63,771 nucleotides of DNA from Rhynchobatus australiae. Its lineage: Eukaryota. The position numbers were made by a program, and so were the translations under genes. The stretch spans positions 26,783,628-26,847,398 of the forward strand of contig JAUZTB010000063.1 of the NCBI GenBank assembly GCA_034780895.1, written 5' to 3'. A model generated the notes under the pieces. The model was not told the origin of the DNA. It did no database searches and saw nothing but the letters and a program-made list of their open reading frames with translations. Shown piece by piece: positions 49,702-63,771 of this stretch. Numbering within the stretch: position 1 is the stretch's first letter; each line of letters opens with the position of its first letter.

Positions 49702-52700
49702 ACTGATTATATGCTCATACTGCCTTCTGTGTGCATATTTGGAGGGCATTCTGTCTATTGGTGGATTTCTCTTCTGCTTTGCACCTTCTCTAACAAGGAA
49801 TCTGGAAGAGTGTCTCAAAACATCTCCCACCCTCTCCCATGAACCATGATTCTTCACGATTTCCCTGGTCTTCCACTTCCTACACAGCAGCCAGCAACTA
49901 CTCCAGACAGATTACATCTTCCCTTTTAAATGATACAGTTTAGGGTTAAGCAATGCAGACTACTTTTAACTAAATGAAGCTAACTATTTATATGAATGGC
50001 CTTCATATGGTTAGCACAATGGCTGGTTGCTGAAGCCATTCAAATTTGCAGGCAGGATAGATTACTGGACAAACTGCGCTGCAATCAATTGGGGCAGATT
50101 AATCAAACATGGAGNNNGGCATGCCCACTTCAGATTAAGTTCCTAGTGCCTCTTCCTGCTAGGATAAGGACACTTCCAACAATTTCTAAAACAGACCATG
50201 ACAGGGGTATAATTGTAAAACTTTTTCCAATTCCTGGAACCTGTTTAAAAATATCAAATTACATCATTTATAAAACAGCTGTTGAAGACTATTCTCTAAC
50301 AGGAGTGATTTGGAATGTGGTGAGCATATCTGTCCAAATGTTTTGGCATTGACTGGCCTTCAATTCTTATTCTTCTCAGACATTAACTCAACAATTTCTT
50401 AAGATTTTCTTTAGTGAGGTTATTGTACAAGACAGACAGCCTAATGTTTATGATGCCATTCCCTATTATTGTAGTCAAATGTTTTCTCAACTGATTGGAG
50501 AGACAGGTAAAATCTAACAATCTGTCAAAATATGGAACATAAGCTTTAATAAGACCATCTGTTCACTTTCCATATGTCAAAGGAATGACCCATTCTTCCC
50601 TCTTTCTCGATTTTGATAGTCTTAAAGGAAATATTCTTTATCTTCTGTAAAACTCTGAATTAAAGTACAGTAAGTAAGAACCATATAGGAACAGTGGTCA
50701 CAGAAGATAATTGTTAGTAACTTACGGATCCCAATTCCTTCTGGACTTGAATGATTTTATCTTCAGTGATATAGAAAATATTGTATGTGAATATAGAAAA
50801 CAGTAAAAATAACATAGAGTATTGACACTTAATTAATTACAACTGGAAGACTGNNNNNNNNNNNNNNNNNNNNNNNNNNNNNNNNNNNNNNNNNNNNNNN
50901 NNNNNNNNNNNNNNNNNNNNNNNNNNNNNNNNNNNNNNNNNNNNNNNNNNNNNACTGTTTCTATTAAATTGTGCTTTTTAAAGTAGGCCATTTAGTCCAT
51001 CTTTATTGATCCATTCGAAAAGACCTCACAGTTTCTACATTATAGCATGTAACAGTTTTTTTTACATAATTGCAATAATTTTGTTCTTTCCACCTAATCT
51101 TCATCAAATGCATCTTTTTTTTTACATGAAGCAGAACTTCCCAAATTCAATCATAAGTTTGCTTTTGGCTTGTTTCAACTTGCTTGTACCATCACATCCC
51201 ACTAACTTGGTTTAATTTGAAGTTCCTGATCTACCTTTTCTAAAACAAAGTAACTGTGCTGGATCTGCCTCTGACATAGAGGTGATGCTGCTGATCATCT
51301 GCCTGCTAAACCCACTCATACCTGGACCAGGTCTCAGGGAGTAGTGCAGGGCTGCAAACTTCCACAAGAAAGACAACTCCCATTCAGCATGGGATTTTCA
51401 GTTCTCATGCCAAGCATCCCTGAAAATTGCTTTGACAACCAGTGAAGCCACTCTTCCAGGCTTTCTGGCTATCAAAACCATCAAAGAGATTGCAAGTTTG
51501 TGAATGCCTCTTGACAAAGACAAATAATCAAAAAAATTAAATCGAATGTAAATGTAAATTTTACTTACCCTTCCTCACAGCCGAACTCTGTTCAAATGAA
51601 TGGACTGACTTGATTGGTGTCCAATGGCAAAGCACAATCAGGACTCCCAGCAATCAGCTGTGTAGAAGTTTGGATTTCCATGGAATGAACATTCTCATTA
51701 CGGACACTATCGGGGTGCATAAATTCCATCTACTTCACATTGTCTTATTCCAACAAGCAATTATGGAGATTGTCACAATGTAACTATTCACTGGCAATGC
51801 AAGTACTACACAAGATGCATGTAAGATTGTGAAAATTAAATATACTGCATCACCAAACTTATTCTGAGCAATTTGAACTGTCCCATTATATTTTCAGAAG
51901 CATAGTTCTGATATAGACAGTCATGCCTACCTCCACCAATATTAATAATGGCCATCTTTGGGATCAGCTGAACAAGAAAATAATTTTAAGTAACTGCAGC
52001 ACTTCAGTGATGGTTGGAATATCTCATCCATAAGGTGCAAACCATTAATCGATCTTCATTGTTTTGGCCTTTTTTTGTGAAATGTTCCTTGAGCCAAAAT
52101 AGATCAAGTAATCAGCAATGAATGCTGTTCACATATAAAACGTGCTTTTTTCTTCTGTTTATCTTCAAAATCACTGTTTCTTATGTAATAGAAGCTGATG
52201 GTTGTGCATAGTGATTTATTGCAGCATGAGTACGAGATCCTAGTAAAACCTCCTCACACTGCAAGATGAATAAACATTCCAATTTCAGGAGACAATCCAA
52301 TTAGGGCTGTAGATGAGCCTTTCATCTTCATTTTCCTTCTGGTTTTCATGCTCACAAAGTGCATCTGACTGCCACAGAAGGCACCCACTATCAACCATTT
52401 ATATGCATCTGAAAGTTTCATTTTCTGCAGAATGGACATCAAATCAATTTGTTTAGAAAAGTATTCACAATCTCCAATTAAATATAAACCTACCAATTGA
52501 GAAATAATTTGGTGTCTTCTTATGGGCAATTAATTTTAACCCACAGTGTAACATTACATTGAAATATTCACCAACATCTACAGAGTATGTGAATTGATAA
52601 AAGCAGATTCTAGATACATCTAAATTGTTACTAAATCGAATTTTGTTTTTGCATAATCAGTTTAATTCCTGATATATGCAAGGCTGCTCTGACAGTGCTA

Positions 52701-53090
52701 ACTTACTGCCCATAATAAGATTCCACTGTTATCTTTAGGGCAATTACATAAACATGATAAATCCTCATTTACCTCAAGCAAAACACTCATCATACAGAAT
52801 CTATTGTTAAGGCTAAAAAAAGCCTTTGTTTAAAGTAAATGCTTACTGTTTTAGAAAAAGAAATGTTCAATGCAAATACTAAAGAGTGAAATTTTGACCA
52901 CATCTAGGTGGTGACATGATGCCTGATTTTCACTCTATCATGACCAATCTGGTGCCAAAGAGAAAATTTAAGCTCATTTAATCTCACTGGCTGTTATTAT
53001 TATTGCCACTTTCTGCTTCATGGCTTTATGCCTGTTTGTGTTTTTTTTTATATTCTCCTCCACCTGCTCTCTGGAAAGATGGGATTTAAG

Positions 53091-53763
53091 AAAAGCAGAT
53101 AAATTTGAATTTCATCAATCTTCTACTCATTTCTAGGTTTTGTCATTGCACCCAATCTGATTCAAATGGACAATAGCAAGGTATCTGCAGTGTTAGACTG
53201 GCCCATACCCAAGGATAAAAAACAACTGAATAGATTTTTGGGGTTCACCAATTTTTATAGGCGATTTATTAAGAACTTCAGTAGTATCGCCAGTCCTCTC
53301 CATGCACTCACATCACCCACTACTAAGTTCACATGGACTTATGCCGCTGACTCTGCATTATACAAACTCAAAACCTTGTTCTCCTCAGCTCCCATCCTCT
53401 ACGCCCCTGACCCTGAAAGACCATTTGTTGTAGAGATAGATGCCTCTGGGGTTGGTGCTGGGGCTATTTTAAGTCAACATGGTGAGGATGGGAAACTTCA
53501 TCCTTGCGCTTATTTTTCTAAGGGTCTCACTCCTGCCAAACGCAACTACGATGTTGGAGAGCGTGAATTACTGGCTGTGAAGCTCGCGTTGGAGGAGTGG
53601 AGGCACTGGTTGGAGGGCACCAAGGTTCCATTTCAGGTTTGGACCGATCATAAAAAAACTTAAATATCTTAAATCGGCCAAACGACTAAATCCCAGACAG
53701 GCCAGGTGGGCATTATTCTTCACTCGCTTTGATTTTACGTTGTCTTACAGACCCGGTCATAAA
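53091..53763 (+). mobile_element. Ty3/Gypsy (Sushi-like chromovirus) pol fragment: RT C-terminus, connection and RNase H
   Basis: ORF 53166-53663 gives [57 protein letters not shown] and WTDHK. After a frameshift in the A run it continues [26 protein letters not shown] and runs into a gap. Confidence 0.93.
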
Positions 53764-54329
53764 NNNNNNNNNNNNNNNNNNNNNNNNNNNNNNNNNNNNN
53801 NNNNNNNNNNNNNNNNNNNNNNNNNNNNNNNNNNNNNNNNNNNNNNNNNNNNNNNNNNNNNNNGAATTAACTGAAGTTATTGGTTTGATGTCTGTTCCAT
53901 TTATCAGCATTTTGTTTCTCAGCTGGACAACTTGGCAATGGCTAAGATCCTGCTTTACTGTTTTAAGGTGCCCAATGCATGTTTTATTTGCACATCTAGA
54001 ACACTGAAAACAAAGGGCCTCTCTCACTTAGCAGTGAGAAAGTGTTTGAGCATCGGGTGCAAGCCATTTTACTGCTAATCGAAATGGCCACCTGGTTTTC
54101 ACCCCTTAATTAAGGAATGTACTTCCTTTCCATTTACTCCATTTAGAGCTGTCATAATTTTATACACATCAGTTAAATGTTCCTCAACCTCCTTTGATCC
54201 AAGTAAAAAACAAAATAACGTATTCAATCCTTCCTCTTGACAACATCCTAGTAAATCTCTGGTACAATCATGCATTTCCTGTAATGCAGTGACCAGGATT
54301 ATAATCAAAGATATTGATATAGATCTCCA

Positions 54330-54700
54330 GGGTTTATTTCAAGTCAGACATATTTAAGAGCACAGCTGTCAACCTCTGCTTCAGTTAGGAAGACAGTTTG
54401 GATCGCTGGTTGGTGGGAAGGGAAGAGGTGAAAGGACAGGTGTTGCGTCACCTGCAGTTGCAAGGGAAAGTGCCACACACTCAGCAGTGGTTGGTGGAAT
54501 GGAAGGGTGGACCAGGGAGTCACAAAGGGAGCAAATCCTTCAAAATGCTGAAAGAGGAGGGGAGGAGAGTATGTGTCAGGTGGTGGAATCTTGTTGGAGC
54601 TGATGGAAGTTGCGAAGGGGGATCTGTTGAATGTGGAGGTTGGTGGAATGGAAGGTAAGGACCAGGAGAGTTCTGTTCTTGCTTTGTCCATGAGTGTGGG
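54330..54700 (-). mobile_element. Penelope-like ORF fragment (linker and Cys-rich region upstream of GIY-YIG)
   Basis: KNRTLLVLTFHSTNLHIQQIPLRNFHQLQQD and GTFPCNCR..TCPF remnants. Confidence 0.7.
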
Positions 54701-55429
54701 CAGAAGTGCAGCAAGTGGACAAACAATACCCATTTTTTGATGTTGGGTTACTTTTTAAGAAACATTTAATTTTTCTTTTCATGTCAAGATAAGATTTCGT
54801 AAACCTGAATAAAACAGCTGTCTCTCTAACTACCCTTTCTTTTCTCGAAACTCTGTTGTGGCTCTTGTTATCATGTCTAAGGAAGGATATGAGAACATTG
54901 CATAGTTAAGATGCAAGTGTGGTTTCTGCACTTATGCCAGACAATTACCCTCTATTTGCCAGCACAGTTAATGGAACAATGTAATCTTCAAGTCACTGTG
55001 GGATTTAGAGGGATTAATGTTAAATCAGCATATGGTGGCAGATCAAAATGATTAGAGTTGTTAAATTCATGCTTATTTTACGATTGAGTTACTGCAAAGT
55101 GACAGGGTACCCATAATCAACTAAGTACATGAGATTCCTACTTCACTCAATCACCCAGGAAGACATTAAGAGAAACTGGGTGCTTTTTACAATGGAGGGG
55201 ACAAAATTACACTCCCTCCATTAACCATTCCATTCTTCATTAAAAATTTCAATCAAACTATTAACAGATCCACACTGTATTTAATTTAGCATCCAATTCT
55301 TTTCAAATGCCAATCATTTTGTTTCAAATCACTGTCTCTAAATACTTCTTTACCACCAACATTAAGATCACAAGCCTATAGTTGCTATGTTTGCCCTCTC
55401 ATTTTTTTTAAATTAGGTACACAACTTGT

Positions 55430-56350
55430 AATCCTCATGTCCTCTAGAGTCCATTCAGCCAATACCATATGTGTTTGTTCTTTCAGTCAACCTGTCTCAC
55501 AGTTTATCACATTACCCTGTCATTGCACCATATCAAAGAGGGATTGGAAGGTTGTGACCAAAACCATTGCACTTTCAACAATTTCAGTTACTTCCCTCAT
55601 AGGATTGTCTTCCATCTTGATGATGTTTGGGTTCTGCTCTTTAATTGTATCTAATCTATCCAATATGACTACTAGCATCTCCTTTACTGTTACATTGACA
55701 GTATAATCTCCTGAAAATAGAAGACAAGTACTCAATTGTGTCTTCTGACACAGAAAAACATCTCCTTTTGTCCTCAAACCAGCCTTACCTTTCCTTTAAC
55801 CTTTTTTTTCTATTTATGAAAAGCATTTGGGTCATTTTTTTTTATTTCAGCTTGTAGTTTATTCTCATATATTCTAATATATTCTCTTTCCCTCTTCTTT
55901 GTTTTCTTATACTTCCTTTGTACTTTCTGTATTATGTGTTTTGTATTTGTTATAAACCTTTTTCATCTGTCCTATTTTAGATACATTGTTTATCTAACAG
56001 GGAGTTCTAGTTTTGGATGCTCTTTTTCCCTGAGAGCATATCTGTTTGTTCCTGAATCAACTCCCCTTTGAAATCCTCCCATTGTACAATTGCTATTTTG
56101 CCAATTAATTCTCATTTCCAGCTCAGCTGAGCCAGATGCTTCTTCATCTCACTGTGATTAACCATTCTCCAAATAAGTAATTTAAGCTTGATAATTCCTT
56201 ACCTTTTTTCATAACTACAGTAAAAGTCCAATAATCCCTTAGCAGTATGTTTTGGCACCTGCCTCTCAGAATGCTGGTCTGGGATTCCCCTGCTTCCATC
56301 AATACACTCAGGCCCGAGGTTCCTATGCTTCCTTCAGCCAACCAAAAATC
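55430..56350 (-). mobile_element. Very decayed CR1 ORF2 fragment
   Basis: ILDRL...MREVTEI...TFQSLFD resembles the CR1 pre-RT segment. Confidence 0.5.
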
Positions 56351-59300
56351 GGCCAGTCCAGCACCACCAAGGTCCTGACTATGGGAATTATCAGTTTTAT
56401 TGTGTTCTGAAATCTGATGATATGAAGATCATAGTTACTCAGTGAAACATGCATAATTTGTTCAAACTCAGTCCCCAAAATCGGATCCATATTTTGCAAT
56501 CNNNNNNNNNNNNNNNNNNNNNNNNNNNNNNNNNNNNNNNNNNNNNNNNNNNNNNNNNNNNNNNNNNNNNNNNNNNNNNNNNNNNNNNNNNNNNNNNNNN
56601 NNNNNNNNNNNNNNNNNNNNNNNNNNNNNNNNNNNNNNNNNNNNNNNNNNNNNNNNNNNNNNNNNNNNNNNNNNNNNNNNNNNNNNNNNNNNNNNNNNNN
56701 NNNNNNNNNNNNNNNNNNNNNNNNNNNNNNNNNNNNNNNNNNNNNNNNNNNNNNNNNNNNNNNNNNNNNNNNNNNNNNNNNNNNNNNNNNNNNNNNNNNN
56801 NNNNNNNNNNNNNNNNNNNNNNNNNNNNNNNNNNNNNNNNNNNNNNNNNTGAATACCTAATGGATATATACAATGAGTTCCCAAATCCTCCTTTATTTTG
56901 AGGCAGATCTCTGTTATTGCTACTATAATATTTCCATGTAGTAATGTATGTGTGCAGCTGACTAACTTCAGACAGAAGAAAATCAAAAAAAGTGCAAACG
57001 CTGGAAATCTGAAATAAAAATTGCAACTGCTGAAAAAACGCAGCACCTGTGGAAGGAGAAGCAGTTAATGTTTTATGTCTGAGCCACTTTTTAAATACTA
57101 CCTGTAGTCACAATATGCATACCAACCCAGAGTAGAATGTACTCATCTCATCCCTGAACAAATCTTTCCTCTAGTGCATTGTTTCTATAATTCGTTATTT
57201 TATCCTGATGCCATCACCCTGATTGTCTTTCTCCATAAAATTTGTTCACAAGAAACAATGGGAGCATAGCTGATAGATTTTCACTGTCCTGCATGCACTG
57301 CCATGGTTTCAAGTTTGTTATAATGATATTTTATCTATTCAAAGCCAAATAGCCTGACTAATCCTTCCTGTCTCTATTGTATATGTACTGTACAGTTCAG
57401 CTCAAAACCAATAAATAATAGAATCAATGGACCAAATGTGCTGTAACAATTCTGTGATTCTAATTATGCAACAGTAATCATTCANNNNNNNNNNNNNNNN
57501 NNNNNNNNNNNNNNNNNNNNNNNNNNNNNNNNNNNNNNNNNNNNNNNNNNNNNNNNNNNNNNNNNNNNNNNNNNNNNNNNNNNNNNNNNNNNNNNNNNNN
57601 NNNNNNNNNNNNNNNNNNNNNNNNNNNNNNNNNNNNNNNNNNNNNNNNNNNNNNNNNNNNNNNNNNNNNNNNNNNNNNNNNNNNNNNNNNNNNNNNNNNN
57701 NNCCTTTTGTACATTTAACCTATCAGTTCAATTGACTTCTTACTGTATTAAAGGTTGTTTTTCAAGCCTAGTGGGAGTTACTCCACAGTTTAGATTTTGC
57801 ACAGATGCTACCACTACGTCTCAAAAGGCTGCAGTTCAAGGTCTAAACAAATGTCAAAAATATCTGGAGAATAAGCTTCCAGCTGTTCGTAATAATTTGA
57901 CACTAAGATACCCTACTAAGTGACTGCAGAGGATCTATCTGCTACACTGGTCTGCTCTGTTTTGGAAAAGCCCTGATTATTGCTGGAAGAATAATTATTT
58001 AATTGAGCTTTACAAATCCATCAGGGCCTTTACTTTGCCTTCAGAGCCCAGAATGACTGTAGGTGTCAAGACAGAAATGTATGACTAGCAAATGAAACAA
58101 GGAGTTTTTTAACTGGTTCAGTGTCTCTTCATTCACTATTAAGCACATACTAGCAGAATCCAATTAACGTCACATGAAATAATTTTTATTGGTTACTTTT
58201 CCCCTTCTCTGATTAATTTTTCTGCATGTTGACTCATCCTAATGAACCCTTTCCCCATTACCCCTGACCTGTTGTGCATGATGTATCTCTTCTTTATCAC
58301 ACTTTTAATTGGTTTGATGAATCTTTTAAAGATACATTCATTTAGTCTGAGTTTGCTGGTGTTGGCAGAATGTTTCTCCTTCCTGCTCTGTTTTCTATCT
58401 TTAATTGTGTTCCAATTCAATTCTACTGAAGAAGAGTTGAGCAAACTCTAGCTTAATTTATTTAACAGAAAAGATTTTGTCTAACTTCATACTGAACACA
58501 GAGGAATAGTCATTATGAACACCATTGAATGAAGCTTTCTTCTTCCAGCCCTGTTTGGAGAGTGGCCTTGACTCAGTGCAGTGTTTACAACCAAAAACTC
58601 CTTTGCAGTCATGGTTTTGGCCAACTGATCCTTTCGAAAAGTACAAATAAACATTGAGAAAAAAGAAATGGCAAAGCCCTAGTACTATTCAGTAGTTATT
58701 CAAACTGAATTGACATGCAGAACATAGTAAATACCAATACTAAACATAGTATAGATGAGTTGACATCTGTATGTACATGTCATGCTTTACTGAAATAGTT
58801 TGGTTTGAATGATGTCTCCCAGTTTCAATCTATTGTTTGAAAACAGCATGGAATGAATAGTATCAAATTCATTTGTCTTCCTTNNNNNNNNNNNNNNNNN
58901 NNNNNNNNNNNNNNNNNNNNNNNNNNNNNNNNNNNNNNNNNNNNNNNNNNNNNNNACAGAAATTAAATTTTAGCAGCTGTGGTTCATAATTTCTTGCAGA
59001 ATTGCAGAACTACTCCGTACATTACTGTGGGGTATACAGCTGCAGAGCTTTTGCTGAAGAAAAGGTTGAGAAAGTACTTGAGCACTGTTCAAATAAATTT
59101 AGCTTCTGGAGTGAATAGTAGTTGAGTCAAGGTTGTCACCATGAAACTAATCAGAAAGAATGCATTTTCAAGGAAAGAGAATGTGTTCACATTCTTAACC
59201 GATCTAGTAAGTCAAACTCACAGAAGTGGAAGATAGGAACCAAAGGAAAGGTTTGCAGAGCTAAGAGATAAGTGATTGAAGATGGTGGCAGACTCCAATG

Positions 59301-59789
59301 TGCTCACATGACTAGAGATGAACCAAGTCTAGATGGTGAACCACTCATTTGTGAAGTTCTGTTGAAATGGATCCAGTGTAAACTTAAGGATGTGAAGTAT
59401 CAAATATGAGCTAGTCTGGTGAAGAAACAAAAGCTTCTTGGTGTTTAAATCCAGAACCAAACAGTCTGAAAGTTGATTTTATACAAAACATTTAAGGAAA
59501 TCAGGAAGACTCCAAGAAAATGGTTACCAGACTAAATTTGTAGTTATTCATTTAACAGGTTTATTGATAGGTTACTTGTAGTTCACTCTTGTAAGAGTGA
59601 AAGACCAAAATACCTTTATCTTTAGGTGTGTAGCACAATATGCTGTTTTCTATGTATCTATCTAGATGTGTGTTCATACAGTCATCCTAATGATACTGGA
59701 AAATCACATGATACTCCAACTTTACAGCAAAGCAACAATATCATAGTTTAAAATATATAGTTTGTTGATTCTGCAATAGGAGTTTGAAG

Positions 59790-59797
59790 TCTCTCTC

Positions 59798-59836
<39 letters not shown>
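59790..59836. repeat. Compound microsatellite (TC)5-(TA)17
   Basis: Directly visible. Confidence 0.95.
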
Positions 59837-59839
<3 letters not shown>

Positions 59840-62099
59840 AAGTAGATTATTACTTCATTAGACATGTATCCTCTGTCTCAATGCATTTGTGAAGACATTA
59901 TACTCACCTCAATGGACTTAGTACCTTTAAAATTATTTGTTATTTATAACTACAGATCAAGATGATGCTATCTTTTAATTATCTTTTAATTGTTTTTTAT
60001 TGCTTCCTTCATGGGTCAAATATGGTCATGTTTTGTGTCTACCAACTCCAGATGTAAATAATTTGTGTTGTCCTTATTTATTTTTGATTTATTGAACTCT
60101 CCCATTATATTGCCTTTCCCATTATTGCATATTCTGCCTATGTTTTCATAGAACATTGTATTTGCTTCGTTTTATTGAGCAGATGCTCACTCTTGTCACA
60201 CTTTGGGTTGTTTTTAACATTGGTGACATTCACCCAGAGTAGCTCCTTTTGTGGCTTTCAACCCCTCTCACAATCACCTTCTCAACACAGAGGCATTACC
60301 CCACTTTTCTCTTTCTTTTCTCAATGCTATATCCACTGGAAATTATATACATTTCCATTGTTAATGTCAAGTTATGTTTTACCCATCATATAACTTATAT
60401 TACTTATATTACTCTTTCCCAATAGGGTGCCATCACTCTTTTCTAGTTTCCTATTTTATATTCTACTGATGATTCTGGGAACAGTTTAATTCTGATTATT
60501 TGTGAAATCCTACTCAGTAATAGCTTCATGAAAAACAGCAATATTTTATCGTCTTGTTGTTCATATGGTATTTAAATGAATGTGGCTNNNNNNNNNNATA
60601 TTTTTATGAAGAAGTATTAATCTAGAATAATGAACATTTTTATATCTCCTCTCAGCCTGCCCTTGTGAAAGAATGCTGAAGAAGGATTCTTCAGTGAAGC
60701 GAACATCAAATTCATAGAGCCTACTACATCAGTGACTTTCTCTGGTGTCTCTACATCTTCTCAAAAGTGTTTTGCTTGGATAGCTGTGGGCCTTTGGAGA
60801 CAGCATTACAGTGCAGGGCTCTAATGAAGTATCTTCATTAACATCAGAGACAAAATGTGGCCCTTCAGACATGCACTTCTGTGGAACACTTGCTCAAAAA
60901 GGCTCATGACCTCTGAACTGTTTCCTCATGTCACCATAAGAAGGAATGGTTAGGGAAGCCAACTGATTCCTTCAGAAGAGCTGATAAAGGATAAAATATG
61001 ATAAACAGACATGTAACATCTGACATGTATGGATATTGGTCATGCACCTTTTAAGGATTTTACCATATGACCAACTGTTCCCAATGTTCAGTGTTGAAAA
61101 GACTTGAACCAGTCATCTGTCTGGTAGTACGTGCACAGAAAAAGAAATGCCGTGTCTCTTTCTATTAAGTACTTTGCATAATAAAGCTCTTTAATAGTTT
61201 AACTCACCTGGCTAGCCTCCAGTACCTTACAGAGAAACTGATACAGGTCACTTCTACTGTGTTAATTAATTCTCTTCTTACAGATGTTGCATGACCTAGT
61301 ATATATTTCAACTTCTTTTTGCTTTTGTTCATTTGCAATTTTATGTTTGGAAACTTGTGAAACGTGTCTTCAATTCAGTTTGTTAAGTGGAGAATTTAAC
61401 AGAAAAAGAAAAAAATAACTTCCATACGCATTAATGAATGTGATTCTGGAATATTGTTCCACAATAAAACATTTGTACAGATTGTGTCACAACAGCTGTT
61501 TCTCATGCTGTGGTGTCTTCATTAATAGGCGCAGCTATATACATCAATGTGGCAGCAGAGTGGTTCCATAAATACTCTTCGCAATGTCAGCTCAAAGAGA
61601 CACCTTAATAAAAATTCAAGAGAATGTATAATTCCTTTAAAAACCATCTCAAATTCCAGAAAGTCTATGGAAGTTAGGTTAAAGTTAAACATACATTGTA
61701 TACCAACATTCTTTAAATGCAATGACTTTATGCTGGCGTGTCCTGTTATATTTACCATGCTTTGCCTGAGAAGTGCATATTAAAGACAATGAATTCTGAA
61801 TTAACTTATTGGTGGAAGCTAAATTTAATTTTATCCTTTAAAAGAAATGTTTGAAATTCCAATTTTTACCCCATTTGTGCAGAGTTTTTGAGACATCAGA
61901 GGAATGGTTGGTATATCAGGGTGATTTCTGCCTGTGTTTATCTGTCACCAGTTGATGATCCTGGTGTGGGAACTGAAGTGCACCCGTGGTGTTGAGGCTC
62001 TTTCCCTTCCATCAGCTAATAACCTTTTCTTTGCTCTGTAGTGGCAATTCAGCTTCATCAATTATTTTAATTGATATTCAGTCAAAAATTACAATTTTT

Positions 62100-63215
62100 A
62101 TAACTCCAAGACCTGGGACTCAACACCTCCCTCTGAAACTGGATCCTTGACTTTCTGACCATCAGACCACAGTCAGTGAGGATAGGCAGCAACATCTCCA
62201 GCACGATTATTCTCAGCACTGGTGCCCCACAAGGCTGTGTCCTCAGCCCTCTACTCTACTCCCTATATACATATAACTACATGGCCAGATTCTGCTCTAA
62301 CTCCTTCACAAGTTTGCAGATAATGCCACCATAGTGGGCCATATCTCAAATAACAATGAGTCGGAGTACAGGAAGGAGAGAGAGAGAGCTTAGTGTCTTG
62401 GTGGCATGGCAACAGCTTTTCCCTCAATGTCAGCAAAACCAAAGAGCTGGTCATTGACTTCAGGAAAGGGGGCAGTGTACATGCACCTGTCTGCATCAAT
62501 GGTGCTGAAGTTGAGAGGGTTGAGCTCTTCAAGTTACTTGGAGTGAACGTCACCAACAGCCTGTCCTGATCCAACCACGTAGATGCCACAAGCTCACCAG
62601 TGCCTCTACTTCCTCAGGAGGCTAAAGAAATCTGGCATGTCCCCTTTNNNNNNNNNNNNNNNNNNNNNNNNNNNNNNNNNNAGAAAGCATCCTATCTGGA
62701 TGCATCATGGCTTGGTATGGCAACTGCTCTGCCCAGGACCTCAAGAAACTGCAGAGAACACAGTTGTGGACACAGCCCAGCACATCACGGAAACCAGCTT
62801 CCCCTCCATGGACTCTGTCTATACCTCTCGCTGCCTTGGTGAAGCAGCCAACATAATCAAAGACCACACCCACCCAGGTCAATCTTCTCACCTCTCCCAT
62901 CAGCAGAAGATACAGGAGCCTGAAGGCACACACCACCAGGCTCAAGGACAGTTTCTATCCCACTGTGATAAGACTATTGAACAGTTTCCTTATACAATGA
63001 GATGGACTCTTGACCTCAGAATCTACCTTGTTATAACCTTGCACCTTATTATCTACCTGCAATCCAGTTCCCTGTAGCTGTGACACTTTATTCTGTATTC
63101 TATTATCGATTTTACCCTGCACTACCTTAATGCACTGTGTAATGAATTGATCTGTACGAACGGTATGCATGACAAGTTTTTCACTCTACCTCGGTACAAG
63201 TGACAATAATACAAA
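62100..63215 (+). mobile_element. Rex1/Babar-type LINE, 5'-truncated, with RT
   Basis: [56 protein letters not shown] and AHQCLYFLRRLKK. Ends gtgacaataat. Confidence 0.9.
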
Positions 63216-63771
63216 TACTTTTCATTAACTAAAAGTTAAAGAAACTAGTTTTCATTAAGTATATTCAGAGTGAATAAATATTAGAGTGGAATTGTTCTGT
63301 GTGGATTAATAATGCTAATTCTTCTACAGTACAGAGGAAGCATTAAACCACAGATGTGAAGTCTCTTTACTTTCGAAAGCTTTAAAGGACAGTCTGTACT
63401 GAGCAACGTAAATGATACTGACTCCTGCATTCAATGATTCATCTGTGTAGTTCTGCCATGCTCGCCAGGCTATTTTTGAGCCACAGGATGCATGATTAAT
63501 GTGAGGTAATTTGCATTTAAGGAATAAACACATTGATCACATTAATCTAAAGAAACGCCTTCTCCCCTTCTAACTAGGACTTATGAAGGGCTAGAGTACA
63601 TTGGAACCTCCCTACCACTTCACAAATTTACTTCAAGGAAAAAAAGCTCATTCAATTAATTGGCATTTGTCTTTGGTTTGTATTTTTTTTATGGTGAAGA
63701 TGGTGAAGAAGTGAAAATGGAGACATACACCTCAGATTTACTGCAAGACTTAAATTTTGAAGGCGGGCGTT

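Noticed and set aside
36500-63771. GRAMD4, the tail-to-tail neighbour of CERK in mammals
   Set aside because: No recognisable GRAMD4 coding sequence on the minus strand in this window.
1-63771. CRISPR arrays, operons, prokaryotic defence systems, rRNA
   Set aside because: The sequence is vertebrate with spliceosomal introns, and no regularly spaced repeat-spacer array or rRNA was seen.

Overview
Eukaryotic, intron-rich and repeat-rich vertebrate DNA from a gapped draft assembly with many N runs. The repeat content (V-SINE/HE1-like SINEs, HER1/CR1 LINEs, DeuSINE, Penelope, Rex-Babar, Harbinger) suggests a cartilaginous fish; this is inference. The one confidently identified host gene is ceramide kinase (CERK) on the + strand. 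Nine coding exons, matching human exons 5-13, lie at 10660-35118. All have GT-AG sites, the phases are compatible, the reading frame is uninterrupted, and the stop is at 35116-35118. Exons 1-4 are not visible. The rest is intron, 3'UTR and intergenic DNA full of decayed transposons. Most notable observations: (1) several minimal hammerhead-ribozyme motifs in Penelope-like terminal repeats, often in inverted pairs; (2) a ~200-bp near-identical inverted duplication 3.2 kb apart that extends past the transposon into unique sequence; (3) an unassigned coding-like exon antisense to CERK at 329-607; (4) a CR1 copy with ORF1 and endonuclease but no RT domain; (5) a solo LTR with TSD; (6) a TIR-bounded MITE; (7) a well-preserved Sushi-like Gypsy pol fragment. 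No rRNA, standalone tRNA or CRISPR array was seen. Repeat family names and human comparisons come from recalled motifs, not database searches, and repeat boundaries are approximate.
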